DNA from: an uncultured Gammaproteobacteria bacterium
GTDB lineage: Bacteria; Pseudomonadota; Gammaproteobacteria; CAWCPV01
Direction of reading: 5' to 3'
Assembly: GCA_963797555.1 (NCBI GenBank)
Contig: CAWCPV010000004.1
Coordinates: 352,001 to 416,000, forward strand
DNA length: 64,000 nt
Shown here: piece by piece, positions 29,051 to 38,452 of the stretch
How positions within the stretch are numbered: position 1 is the stretch's first letter
Layout of the letters: each line of letters opens with the position of its first letter
Notes under the pieces: model-generated
What the model saw: only the letters and a program-made list of their open reading frames with translations
Databases searched by the model: none
Told to the model about the DNA's origin: nothing
Position numbers and translations under genes: made by a program

Positions 29051-30354
29051 AATGCCACCTGGTCGAAGCTGTGGAAGGCGAGCCGCGGGAAGAATTCGTC
29101 GAGAATATCGAGCTCGAGCCCGGAAAGACCGCGGCCAGGATAGAGCACGCGCAGCTCCTCGCTTGCCGCCCGCACCCTGGGGATATGCAGCAGCGTGGTG
29201 GGGTCGGGCAGCCAGTTGAGAACGATGCAGTCCGCCTCGTCCGGCATCGTTCTTCCGAGAGCCGAGTGGAACGCGGCGAGCAGGACGTCGCGCAGCGCGA
29301 TGGTCACGATCTGCTCCGATTGGTGCAGTTGCGCCGCGGGGTCGACCGGTTCGTCCGACCAGCGGATGAGCGTGGCGTTGCCGATCTCGGGGATGCCCGG
29401 TGTCTGGGATCCCCCTTCGAGCGCTTCGACCACGACCATGGGATTCAAGCGCCACCGCTCGGCGAGGCCGGGCCTCGGGATGTCCTGCAGCGGGCGCCGA
29501 AACAGCGACAGCTCGCGCCGGCACCATGGGCGGGTCGCATAGCGGGCGCTGCGCACGGCGATCATGGCCGCGGTCTGCATGCCCTCGACATTCGACTGCA
29601 GCACCCGGCTGAACGCCGATCCGAAGGGAATGTCGTTTTCATCATAAAACGCGGCGAGCTGGGTCTGACTGTAGATATAGTCGCGAATCCGCCTGGCGGG
29701 CTCCGTGCCATCCGCCTTGGCATGGCTGAGAAAAATCGTGATCTTCGGCTGAGCCGCGTCCACCGCCGCCCCGCCATCGACCGCGTTCCCGGCCGGCGCG
29801 TCCCCCGGCCTCAGCATGATGCGGCACAGGGCCTCGGTGAGCTGCTTCAAGAGCGAGCGGACCACGGTCTCGGTCGCCTCCGGCGGTACTGGAGCACCCG
29901 CGACGGGCAACGGCAGACCTGCGGGGCGGAGGAAATTCAGCTCGCGCAGGGGCGCGGGCACGTTGAATGCCGTCGAATCCAGGGCCACCGGCAGGAACAC
30001 GCGGCGCACGCCAGTGCCGCGCTCCAATGCGAGTCGCACCAGCCAGTGCCGCCAGGCGGCATCCGCGATCATCTGATCGTCGATCAGCAGCAGCACGGTC
30101 TGCATGTTGGCGGAGCCGGAGGCGGGCGCCTGTGGCGGGGGTGGGGAGTTGGGGCCTGGAAACCGCGACTCTCCCGGCAAGGGCGGGGGCAACCCGCCCT
30201 TCGGGGCTTCCGGAGCCGGAAGGCTGCGGTAGAACACCTGCGGGCCGAGGCCATTGCCAGGCCTCAGCCACCCATGAATGCGCGGGGCCAGCAGTTCTCC
30301 GAGCGTACTGGCGGGGTGCCACAACACGAAGATCTCAGGAATCGGATAGTCCAC
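29047..30354 (-). CDS. TIR-domain protein
   Basis: 'IFLSHAKADG', 'AFYDENDIPFG', 'YATRPWCRRE'; 4-bp overlap with the SLOG gene. Confidence 0.8.
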   Translation of the reverse strand: MDYPIPEIFVLWHPASTLGELLAPRIHGWLRPGNGLGPQVFYRSLPAPEAPKGGLPPPLPGESRFPGPNSPPPPQAPASGSANMQTVLLLIDDQMIADAAWRHWLVRLALERGTGVRRVFLPVALDSTAFNVPAPLRELNFLRPAGLPLPVAGAPVPPEATETVVRSLLKQLTEALCRIMLRPGDAPAGNAVDGGAAVDAAQPKITIFLSHAKADGTEPARRIRDYIYSQTQLAAFYDENDIPFGSAFSRVLQSNVEGMQTAAMIAVRSARYATRPWCRRELSLFRRPLQDIPRPGLAERWRLNPMVVVEALEGGSQTPGIPEIGNATLIRWSDEPVDPAAQLHQSEQIVTIALRDVLLAAFHSALGRTMPDEADCIVLNWLPDPTTLLHIPRVRAASEELRVLYPGRGLSGLELDILDEFFPRLAFHSFDQVAL

Positions 30355-30552
30355 GCGTCCCCCGGGCAGGCTGCAGGCACCTGCGCTGTTGGCAGGATGG
30401 TAGGGGCTATGGCGCGGTCGGACAAGCCGGTGGCGGAGTCAACGAGGCGAGCAGGAGGCCAGTTGCGCTGTGAGGACTGGGGGCGGGTGCGATCTGGAAG
30501 CCGTTGGCTCCAACGCGGGCCCTGCGAACGGGCGGCAGTCCGAGGCACCGCG

Positions 30553-32213
30553 TCAGGTGCCCCTGGATCTCTCCCGCGCACTGCGAAACCAAGAGAGCAG
30601 CCCACGGCCGGCATGCCGCCGGCAAGCTTCAAGCTCGGCCTCGACGGTCTTCTTGTCGTCCGCCCACTGGGCCATCCCGGGCGCCCGCTCCAGCAGGGCG
30701 GCGAAGATACGGTAGGACGCTTCGTAAAGGGGCAAAGCGGCCTCGTTCCTGCCATTGCCGGCCTCCATGCGCGCAAGCCGCAGATAGGCTAACGCCAGGT
30801 CGCGCTGCCAGCCGGCGTTGCTCGGGTCCTGCTCGGCCAGGCGCCGGCTGATGGCGAGGGTTTGCTCGAAGGCCGAGCGCGCTGCCTCGAGCTGCCCTTG
30901 GGCCTGCAGCACGCCGCCCACCCGGCTGTGCGCCACCGCGAGGCCGCGCTGCCAGCCGGCGTTGCTCGGGTCCTGCTCGGCCAGGCGCCGGCTGATGGCG
31001 AGGGTTTGCTCGAAGGCCGAGCGCGCTGCCTCGAGCTGCCCTTGGGCCTGCAGCACGTCGCCCACCCGGCTGTGCGCCACCGCGAGGTCGCGCTGCCAGC
31101 CGGCGTTGCTCGGGTCCTGCTCGGCCAGGCGCCGGCTGATGGCGAGGGCTTGCTCGAAGGCCGAGCGCGCTGCCTCGAATCTGCCCTTGGGCCTGCAGCA
31201 CGCCGCCCACCCGGCTGTGCGCCACCGCGAGGCCGCGCTGCCAGCCGGCGTTGCTCGGGTCCTGCTCGGCCAGGCGCCGGCTGATGGCGAGGGTTTGCTC
31301 GAAGGCCGAGCGCGCTGCCTCGAGCTGCCCTTGGGCCTGCAGCACATCGCCCACCTGGCTGTGCGCCACCGCGAGGTCGCGCTGCCAGCCGGCGTTGCTC
31401 GGGTCCTGCTCGGCCAGGCGCCGGCTGATGGCGAGGGACTGCTCGAAGGCCGAGCGCGCTGCCTCGAGCTGCCCCTGGGCACGGAAAACGTCGCCGAGCA
31501 GACAACGCCCCTCCCCCTGCGCCGGCTCGTCGGTGCTGACACGTGCGAGATTCGAGAATCTCGCGCGCGGCGTCGGCGAGCTGTGCCGTTTCTCCCCGCG
31601 CGTCGCGCGCCCAAGCGATGGTGATCAGGCTCCAGAGGCGTGCCCGCCCATCGACGAGGCGGGTTTCGTCGAGCTCTCTGAGAACCGTCGCCAGGGCGTA
31701 CCGGTCCTCCGGGCGTGCACTGCTACTCCAGTGCCGGTTCAGGCGTTCCAGCTCACTCGCGCCGCGTTCGGGGTCGGCGCATAGCTGGTGGTAAATCCAT
31801 TCGATGCGGCCCGTTGCCCCGAGGTCGTCCGGGAAGCATGCCGCCGCGAGGGCGGACAGGGAACGGAGGTGGGAGAGGTTCTCCAGAGCTAGCGTCCGCC
31901 GCCATCCCAGGCGGGTGGATTCGTGGACGTTGCGCCGGTTCAGCCCGCCTCTGCCGTACCGCTCGACGAAGGGAAAGGACGCCAGCGCCTCGAACCGTCT
32001 CTCTGCCTCCTCCGCTGGAATACCCAGCATCCTCGCCAGCAGGCTGGCATCGAACCAATGGAGCACGGCGGCTGCATCGAGCGCGGCTTTGAGCGCCTCG
32101 CGCTCCCCCTCTGGCCGGGTCGACAGGACGAATTCGGCGGCCACGGCCGCCTGGGCACGAGTATCGCCCTGGGACGCCTCGAGGCGCTGGAGGAGCTGTT
32201 CGACAATAGCCAT
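30553..32213 (-). CDS. Helical/wHTH plus TPR-repeat protein (two apparent frameshifts near 31551 and 31180)
   Basis: N-terminal 'HWFDASLLARML...FPFVER...VHESTR'; 48-aa TPR-like repeats 'GQLEAARSAFEQxLAISRRLAEQDPSNAGWQRxLAVAHS'. Confidence 0.8.
30803..31480. repeat. 144-bp tandem repeat, about 4.7 near-identical copies
   Basis: Unit starts at 30803, 30947, 31091, 31236, 31380. Confidence 0.95.
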
Positions 32214-32221
32214 TGGTCAGG

Positions 32222-33394
32222 TCAGCTCTGGGCAATGGCCTTGCAGGTGGCATCCACAATTGCTGGGATGCCCTTGGTCACCATCAATACGGTGGGCAGA
32301 TGCGCCCCCTTCTCGCGGAAACCGGGATAACGTTGTTCGACCCAGGGCTCCCAGTCCGCGGGATCGGTGATGGGCGTCAGCGGGATATGGCGTGAAGAGT
32401 CGCGCCAGACGGCGTTGGCGAAGTTCGGCACCTTTTTACCGGCGACGATCACGGCCACACCCAGCGCCGTCTCGACCTCAGCCAGGAGCTGCAGGCTGAG
32501 CCAGTCAGCAACCACCTTGTTGCCTGCCGCATATTCGTAGCTGTCGAAGATCAGAAGGACGGCCCGGCGCAGCGCCCGGAGGTCCTTGCGCAGCAGGTGC
32601 GTCTTGCTGGCGCCTTCGCGGCAGAACTTCGGCAGGTGCTCTCCCAGGTCGAGGTCGAATTGGCCGAGGACGTCCTCGAGCTTCAGCCCGCCGCCCTTGA
32701 AGTCCACCCGCACCACCGGGATGCCCAGCTTTTTCGCGTAGGCCGTGGCATGGCGGACGAGCACGGACTTCCCGAGGCCGCTACCGCCTTCGAAGAGCAG
32801 GATGCGCTCGCGCAAGGTCCCGGCGAGGAGTTCCACGATCATCGGCCACTCGCCGGTGCGATCCGCCACATCCGGCGCAAATGGCACAGGCTCGGGCCAG
32901 CGGACGGTCGGCGGCTCGATGCCTTGCAGGCCGAGGCGCTCGGCGGCCCAGCGAATCAACTGATTCAACTGATCGTCGCTGGCGAAGGGCCGAAACTGGT
33001 GCCATGCGCGGAGTCTTGTCCGAACTTTGTCGGCAAGGATGTCATGAAGGAACGCGAGGCGGATGCGAGCGTTGTGGCCCTTCTCGTCCCAGAGGGCCTG
33101 CCGAAACAGATCGGCTTCCGTAGCCGCACCCAGGCCTGCGGCCGGCGGCCCGGTCTTATCGTAAGCGGCGAACCACCCTTCCGATGCGACGATGACCACG
33201 CACGCGGATTCATTGGCGCAGTCCTCGCACCATTTTGGTCAGCCCTCGTCTGGGCCGCCGGGGTGCTCGTCGAGATAGAACTGATCCAGTGTGACCGGGA
33301 GTTGCGCCTGACGCAGGAGCTGGCCCAGGCGGCGCACCGACCTGGCGTGCTCGGGGCTCTCGTGGCGGTAGCTGATGAAGACCTGGTTCACCAT
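32222..33394 (-). pseudogene. SEFIR/TIR - P-loop ATPase with in-frame TGA at codon 52
   Basis: 'MVNQVFISYRHESPEH...GGPDEG*PKWC' in frame with the downstream ORF; Walker A GGSGLGKS, Walker B 'LLIFDSYE'. Confidence 0.75.
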
Positions 33395-33410
33395 GCGACT
33401 GTCCGGGGAC

Positions 33411-33899
33411 TCAAACGGATGAGGCGCCAGTGTCCTCTAGCATCGTCAGGTCCTCCACCTGCGCCATGGCGGCGAGGGCACGGGTGTAGCCGCGCAGCCG
33501 GGGCTGGAGGGCGGCCAGCTCGGCGCGGAATTCGCGGCAGCGCTCCGGGTCCTTGAACGCATCGGCCAGCGAGAGCCGGTGCCACCTGGCCGTGAAGGGT
33601 CGGACGATCTGGTTGAGCACCGGGATGGCCAGCTTGGCGAACTCGCCGCAGCCGGAGCCGTGGCGCCGCAGGATCTCGCGGGTCAGGGGGAAGATCGCAT
33701 GCACGCTGTCGAGCGCGGTCTTTTCGTCGCCGTCTTCCGGGGCAAGATACTGTGTGGTAATGCGGGTGAGCAGCTCGACGTACAGCTCCCACGCCGCGGC
33801 GCGGTCCGGATCGTGCGGCGAGAATTCGCCCTCGAGGAAGCCCAGGTTGATCTTGAGGCTGGAAAGGCCCCATTTCTCCAGGAAGTCGCGGCGCTTCAC
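33411..33899 (-). CDS. Hypothetical protein (162 aa), first gene of the minus-strand run
   Basis: AGGAG RBS; host-like codon use; 'AAWELYVELLTRITTQ', 'LNQIVRPFTARWH'. Confidence 0.75.
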   Translation of the reverse strand: MKRRDFLEKWGLSSLKINLGFLEGEFSPHDPDRAAAWELYVELLTRITTQYLAPEDGDEKTALDSVHAIFPLTREILRRHGSGCGEFAKLAIPVLNQIVRPFTARWHRLSLADAFKDPERCREFRAELAALQPRLRGYTRALAAMAQVEDLTMLEDTGASSV

Positions 33900-34450
33900 G
33901 GCTCTGGATACCTCTCCTTGGAACGGGCCACTCGGTCTTATCCGCCGGCCGTTCCCGCCTTTGACGGTCGTATTTGTGTGCGTGAACGGCTCCGAGCGAG
34001 TAGCTTATACTCGCAGTCCGCCCAGTCACAAGCACTCCATCCCGTAGGGAGGACGCGGCTCTCCGTAAATGCTGGGCGCGCCGGCTCTGAGGTCTATAGG
34101 ACAGCACGCCCGCACGTCAAAACCCCAGCTATTCGAATCGACCAGGCCCAAGTCGGAAGGGTGAATCGGCGGACTGGCGGGTTGAGTTGAAGCCGCCGGT
34201 AAGGTCGTGCTGGCCTGGGCGAGGCTGAAGTCATGGCTACGGCGAGCCAAGGTCATGGCAGTGAGCGCATCCGAGGGTGCGCGGCCGCGGGCCGAAGTGC
34301 TGTCCGGCGAAGCACACGGTCTCCCTTGGGGCTCGAACACGCGGCCCTTGTCTCCGCTCGTGGTTATTCTCCAGAAGGGCGTCGTTGAAGGTTTCAAGCC
34401 TGCCTCGGATCTTTACGATAAGGACATGAAAGTGAAATAGAACTGTCATT

Positions 34451-34667
34451 TGTGCACAAATTCTGTAGATAACTCAGTGGAAAACGCCTGCATAAGGGTC
34501 CCGGGACGGCGCGGCTACGGGGCCTCCCGGACCTTGCTGGGTCCGTCGCCGATGCGACAGACTTTAATCTATTTACAGTAGGTTACATGAACTCTTGAAG
34601 AAACGAGCTGCGTGTCAGGCGCGGCCGAAACAGGCCCTGCCGACGGCGCCGACAACGCTGTGGAAAA
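34451..34667. promoter_or_regulatory. Cluster of DnaA-box-like 9-mers
   Basis: TGTGCACAA 34451, TGTAGATAA 34464, AGTGGAAAA 34476, CCTGCATAA 34487, TGTGGAAAA 34659. Confidence 0.35.
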
Positions 34668-34909
34668 ATTCACTGACGGCGCGCCGTGCACGAGCGCCAG
34701 GCGCGGACCCCAGGTGCGGCGCGGCGAGCGGACGCGTCGGCGAGTGCGCTCCGCCCCGGCTCGGCGGACTCGATGCCGCAGGGGGGGATGTTCCTCCTTG
34801 GGTTCCAGCGTCATCAAACCGGTTTGCGCCGGAGGACGCCGAGCTGTAATGATGGTTTCAGGCGTCGGCTGGGCGCCCGATCGGGTGACGGACAAAAGGA
34901 GGTAGCGCC

Positions 34910-35434
34910 ATGGTTCCGTGTCTGTTGATTCGTCGCGTCCTGGGCGCCGTACTGAGCACGCTGCTGCTGGTGGGGGCCGCTCGTCACGCGCAGTGCGCGG
35001 AGGACGTCATCGGCGTCAAGGTGATGTCGCTGGAGCTTGCGCGAGACATCGCTCGGGGAGCGGTGGAGGCGTGTCGTAAGGAGGGCTATCAGGTCTCGGT
35101 CGTAGTGGTGGACCGCAGTGCGGTGCCCCAGGTGATCATGCGCGACGTGTATGCGTCCCGTTTCACCATCGATATCGCCCAGCGGAAGGCCAACGCGGTG
35201 GTGCTGGCCGGGGTCAGCACCCAAGAGTTGGGAGCCAACCGCCCAGACGTCGCGGCGTTGCTCAATCACGTGGACGGTCTCCTGGTGCTGCAAGGTGGGC
35301 TGCCTATTCGCGCTGCCGGGTCCCTGTTGGGAGCGGTGGGGGTGAGCGGATCGCCCGGCGGCGACATCGACGAGCGTTGCGCTCAACGGGGGCTGGATGG
35401 CGTGGCGGAGCGCCTGGAATTCATCCAGTTCTAG
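34910..35434 (+). CDS. GlcG/HbpS-family heme-binding protein
   Basis: Signal peptide; 'VSVVVVDR', 'AQRKA', 'GGLPI', 'GAVGVSGSPGGDIDERCA'. Confidence 0.85.
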   Translation: MVPCLLIRRVLGAVLSTLLLVGAARHAQCAEDVIGVKVMSLELARDIARGAVEACRKEGYQVSVVVVDRSAVPQVIMRDVYASRFTIDIAQRKANAVVLAGVSTQELGANRPDVAALLNHVDGLLVLQGGLPIRAAGSLLGAVGVSGSPGGDIDERCAQRGLDGVAERLEFIQF

Positions 35435-35494
35435 ACCCCCCTGGGATCCCAGCCAAACTCCAAGCGCCGGGCAGGAAGCCGTGGTCGGCTGGCA

Positions 35495-35962
35495 CTATCT
35501 CGGCGGTATGCCGCCGCCCCTCGAGCAGGAGATGTCTGGCGGGGCCTCCAGCGGTGCCCTATTCGCCCTATCGCGTATCCAATTGATGGCATGCAGCACC
35601 GCCCCCCGGCTGACGAGCCATCGTTCCAGGCGGTACTTGCCCGGGAAGTCGGTGAGCATGACGCCGATGAAGATGGTGAGTAGCCCCTGGCCCGGCAGAA
35701 GGAGCATCGCGATGCCCGCCAACGTCAGCAGCACCCCGAGGACGTTCTTGAGCAGCACGAGCAGGTCGTGGAAGACGGAGCGGCCGTTGCTCGCGTAGTC
35801 GCGCTCCGGACGCGGGCGGGTGAAGTAGTCTGACGGCATTCGGGTCACCAGGATCGGGACCAAGGCCAGCGTTCCCAGGAAGGCGAGCACCGATAGGGCC
35901 CCGAGACCCAAGGCCAGGACCCTGTTGTCCGCTATCCACGCCAGGATGGTGTCGAAGCCCAT
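35495..35962 (-). CDS. PGPGW-like membrane protein
   Basis: 'KNVLGVLLTLAGIAMLLLPGQGLLTI...DFPGK'. Confidence 0.75.
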   Translation of the reverse strand: MGFDTILAWIADNRVLALGLGALSVLAFLGTLALVPILVTRMPSDYFTRPRPERDYASNGRSVFHDLLVLLKNVLGVLLTLAGIAMLLLPGQGLLTIFIGVMLTDFPGKYRLERWLVSRGAVLHAINWIRDRANRAPLEAPPDISCSRGGGIPPR

Positions 35963-36289
35963 TGCTATCCCGCCTGCATGCTGCCCATGTCCTTGGTGAA
36001 CGCCGGTGCCGATGGATGCTCTAGTACGCGCGGGGCAATTAGTCGGTCCTGCGCACGCCGTAGCGTCAGCCGGGGTCATTGATGGTACAGTCTCTCCCGG
36101 CAGCGTGTCACGCCCAGGCAGCCCGACCGCCAGGGCAAATTTGTTATCCTTCCACGCGGTGGCGGGCCGGCAGGTGTTGTCAGTCATGCGCGGGGTACTC
36201 GAACATCAGGGGGGGGTGTTGCGGCGCAGTTGGCACGTCTTCTGGGCCACGCTCTGGTTGTGCTCGAGGAAGGATTTGATGAGGCGATG

Positions 36290-36601
36290 CAGCGCCTGGA
36301 GATTCACCACACGCCCAAGGCTGGACGTGGCCGAAATTGAGTTGAGTGTTCTTCCACTCAGCAGTGCCTCAACCGCCGTATACCCGATATTGAACACTTA
36401 CCTTGCCAGGCCAAAGCCTGGGCCGACGAACGCCGCAACGCCGCAACGCCGCAACGCCGCAACGCCGCAACGCCGCAACGCCGCAACGCCGCAACGCCGC
36501 AACGCCGCAACGCCGCTCAGGTCGGCGTCGACTGGTAGTTCACCAACGACGATGCTCTCAACAAAGTCAAGCGATTATAGCCTAAAATTGAGATGAAATA
36601 A
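36290..36601 (+). pseudogene. Degraded IS630-family transposase C-terminus
   Basis: 'LDVAEIELSVL', 'QCLNRRIPDIEHL', 'AWADER..AQVGVDW*FT...KRL*PKIE' with stops and frameshifts. Confidence 0.7.
36429..36516. repeat. (AACGCCGC)x11 perfect tandem repeat
   Basis: Read directly from the sequence. Confidence 0.97.
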
Positions 36602-36666
36602 GATGCTAGCAGCCGGTCGGACTTTGCGCCTGTACAATAGTGGCCGCTGCCCCGATGAGTCTTGAG

Positions 36667-36787
36667 ATGAGCCGCTTCCGCCCGATTGACCGTGACAGGG
36701 ACTTTCTGTTGCCGCCGGTGCAGGACGGGCTGCCCGAGGCCCATGTGGCGCGCTACGTGGTGGAGGTGGTCGAAGGGCTGGACCTTG
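36667..36787 (+). pseudogene. N-terminal fragment of an IS1182-family transposase
   Basis: 'MSRFRPIDRDRDFLLPP.QD.LPE.H.ARYVVEVVEGLDL'. Confidence 0.65.
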
Positions 36788-36789
36788 GC

Positions 36790-37188
36790 GAATCGGCCAT
36801 CTCGCTGGTCGATCTCATCGCCCTGCTGGGGGAGACCCACCGCATCATTCGCACGAGGTCGGTCGTCCGGAATGGGATCGCGATCTGGTTGCCGGGCCTC
36901 GGCAGCGTTCTTTCGTTCAACCGGGGGTCGCAGCGGGAGTTGCTCGGCAAGACCTTCTTCGACCTCCCCGTTTTCCTGGCGTCGAACGTCATGGCTGCCA
37001 TGGGGAGCCTGCTCAGCGTCCTGTTCGCAGGGCTGGGGATGGAGCAGGAGGCGAGCCGCGCAGAGCTGGCCGTTCGCAAGGCCGGCTACGGCCTCTGGCG
37101 CAAGGTGATCCGGCACGTTACGCCGGTCGGCGCGTTGCTGAGCCCGCGGCACGCGATGGGCGCACGGACCGAGGTCGTGGGCGCGTGA
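36790..37188 (+). pseudogene. C-terminal fragment of an NSS-family sodium-dependent transporter
   Basis: 'SAISL', 'GLGSVLSFN', 'GKTFFDL..FLASNV', 'W...IRHVTP'; usual position upstream of ratA. Confidence 0.65.
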
Positions 37189-37622
37189 CGACGGTCACGC
37201 GCAGCGTTCTCGTGCCCTATTCGGCCGCCGAGATGTACGCTCTGGTCAACGACGTGGGTTCCTATCCCCAGTTCCTACCATGGTGCCGGAGCGCCCGTAT
37301 TGTCACCGGGGACGAGGACATGGTGAAGGCCCGCATCGACCTGGCGCTGGGCGGGGTCCACAAGACATTCACGACCTGCAACCGGCTCCAGAAGAATAAG
37401 ATGATCGAAGTGCACCTCTTGGAGGGTCCGTTCCGTCACCTGGAGGGTTACTGGAGCTTCGACGCGTTGGCCGAGAACTCATGCAAGGTGGCACTGGACA
37501 TGGAGTTCGAGTTCTCCAACTGGCTTCTGCACCGGGCCCTAGGGCACGTCTTCGGGCAGATCGTCAACACGCTGGTGGACGCGTTTCGGCGTCGGGCGGA
37601 GCAAGTGCATGGAAGGCGTTGA
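37185..37622 (+). CDS. ratA: RatA/PasT (START-domain) protein
   Basis: 'VPYSAAEMYALVNDV.SYPQFLPWC', 'GPFRHLEG.W.F'. Confidence 0.92.
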   Translation: MTTVTRSVLVPYSAAEMYALVNDVGSYPQFLPWCRSARIVTGDEDMVKARIDLALGGVHKTFTTCNRLQKNKMIEVHLLEGPFRHLEGYWSFDALAENSCKVALDMEFEFSNWLLHRALGHVFGQIVNTLVDAFRRRAEQVHGRR

Positions 37623-37911
37623 TGGCTTCGAGGTGGAGGTCGCCTATGCCCGCCCGGACGTACAGGTGATCATCCCGCTGCGAGTGCCACCGGGCTGCTC
37701 CGTCGAGGAAGCCATTCGGCGTTCGAGCGTGCTGGAGAAGTTTCCCGAGGTGGATCTGGGTGCGCAGCGGGTCGGGATCTTCGGCAGGCTGGTGGAACTG
37801 CAGCACCGCCTGCGTGCCGGTGACCGGGTCGAGATCTATCGGCCGCTTGTCGCCGACCCCAAGGAAGCGCGCAAGAAGCGTGCGCGGCAGAGGGGGACCC
37901 AGAACGCCTAG
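37609..37911 (+). CDS. rnfH: RnfH/RatB ubiquitin-like protein
   Basis: 'VEVAYA', 'GDRVEIYRPLVADPKEAR'. Confidence 0.92.
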   Translation: MEGVDGFEVEVAYARPDVQVIIPLRVPPGCSVEEAIRRSSVLEKFPEVDLGAQRVGIFGRLVELQHRLRAGDRVEIYRPLVADPKEARKKRARQRGTQNA

Positions 37912-38255
37912 TGCGCCTTTAGGGCAGCTTCCGGCCGGATGTCGCCGGCGACCTTGGCCAAGTGGTCGTTCTTGAAGGACACCTTAATCATTCGTTCCTC
38001 CCGTCTCCCGCCCCCGATTTGCAGCGTGTACACGTAAACCCATTCCTGTGGGTGGAAGGGATCGGTGAGTAGGGGTGTGCCAAGAATGGCCATGACCTCG
38101 CGCTTCTCCATGCCCGGCCGCAGCTTATTTAGCATGTCTTGAGTGACGATGTTCCCCTGTTGAACGTCGATCTTGTAGACCCACGGGGATAGCATGCTGC
38201 AAGCGCTCAGCACCAGGACCGCAAGCGCTGGCAGGGTCACGAGTAGCTTCTGCAT
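37908..38255 (-). CDS. bamE: Outer membrane assembly lipoprotein BamE
   Basis: Lipobox LSAC; 'YKIDVQQGN', 'LGTPLLTDPFH'. Confidence 0.93.
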   Translation of the reverse strand: MQKLLVTLPALAVLVLSACSMLSPWVYKIDVQQGNIVTQDMLNKLRPGMEKREVMAILGTPLLTDPFHPQEWVYVYTLQIGGGRREERMIKVSFKNDHLAKVAGDIRPEAALKAH

Positions 38256-38452
38256 CTCTTATTCGGCCTGTTGTAGACTTGTCGAGTAGCTGACAGCCGG
38301 GTCGCTCCGGCTCCGAACGGCCTGCTCACGGATGCTCATAGTCCGGAACGTGGCCAGGGGCGGATCTCCTTTGGAGGTCGACAAGCGTGCACGGCGGATC
38401 ATACCCGGAAAGCCGCTGCGACGCATACCGCAGTTGCCAAGAGGTGGAAGGA

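Noticed and set aside
30803-31480. CRISPR array
   Set aside because: Contiguous coding 144-bp units with no unique spacers
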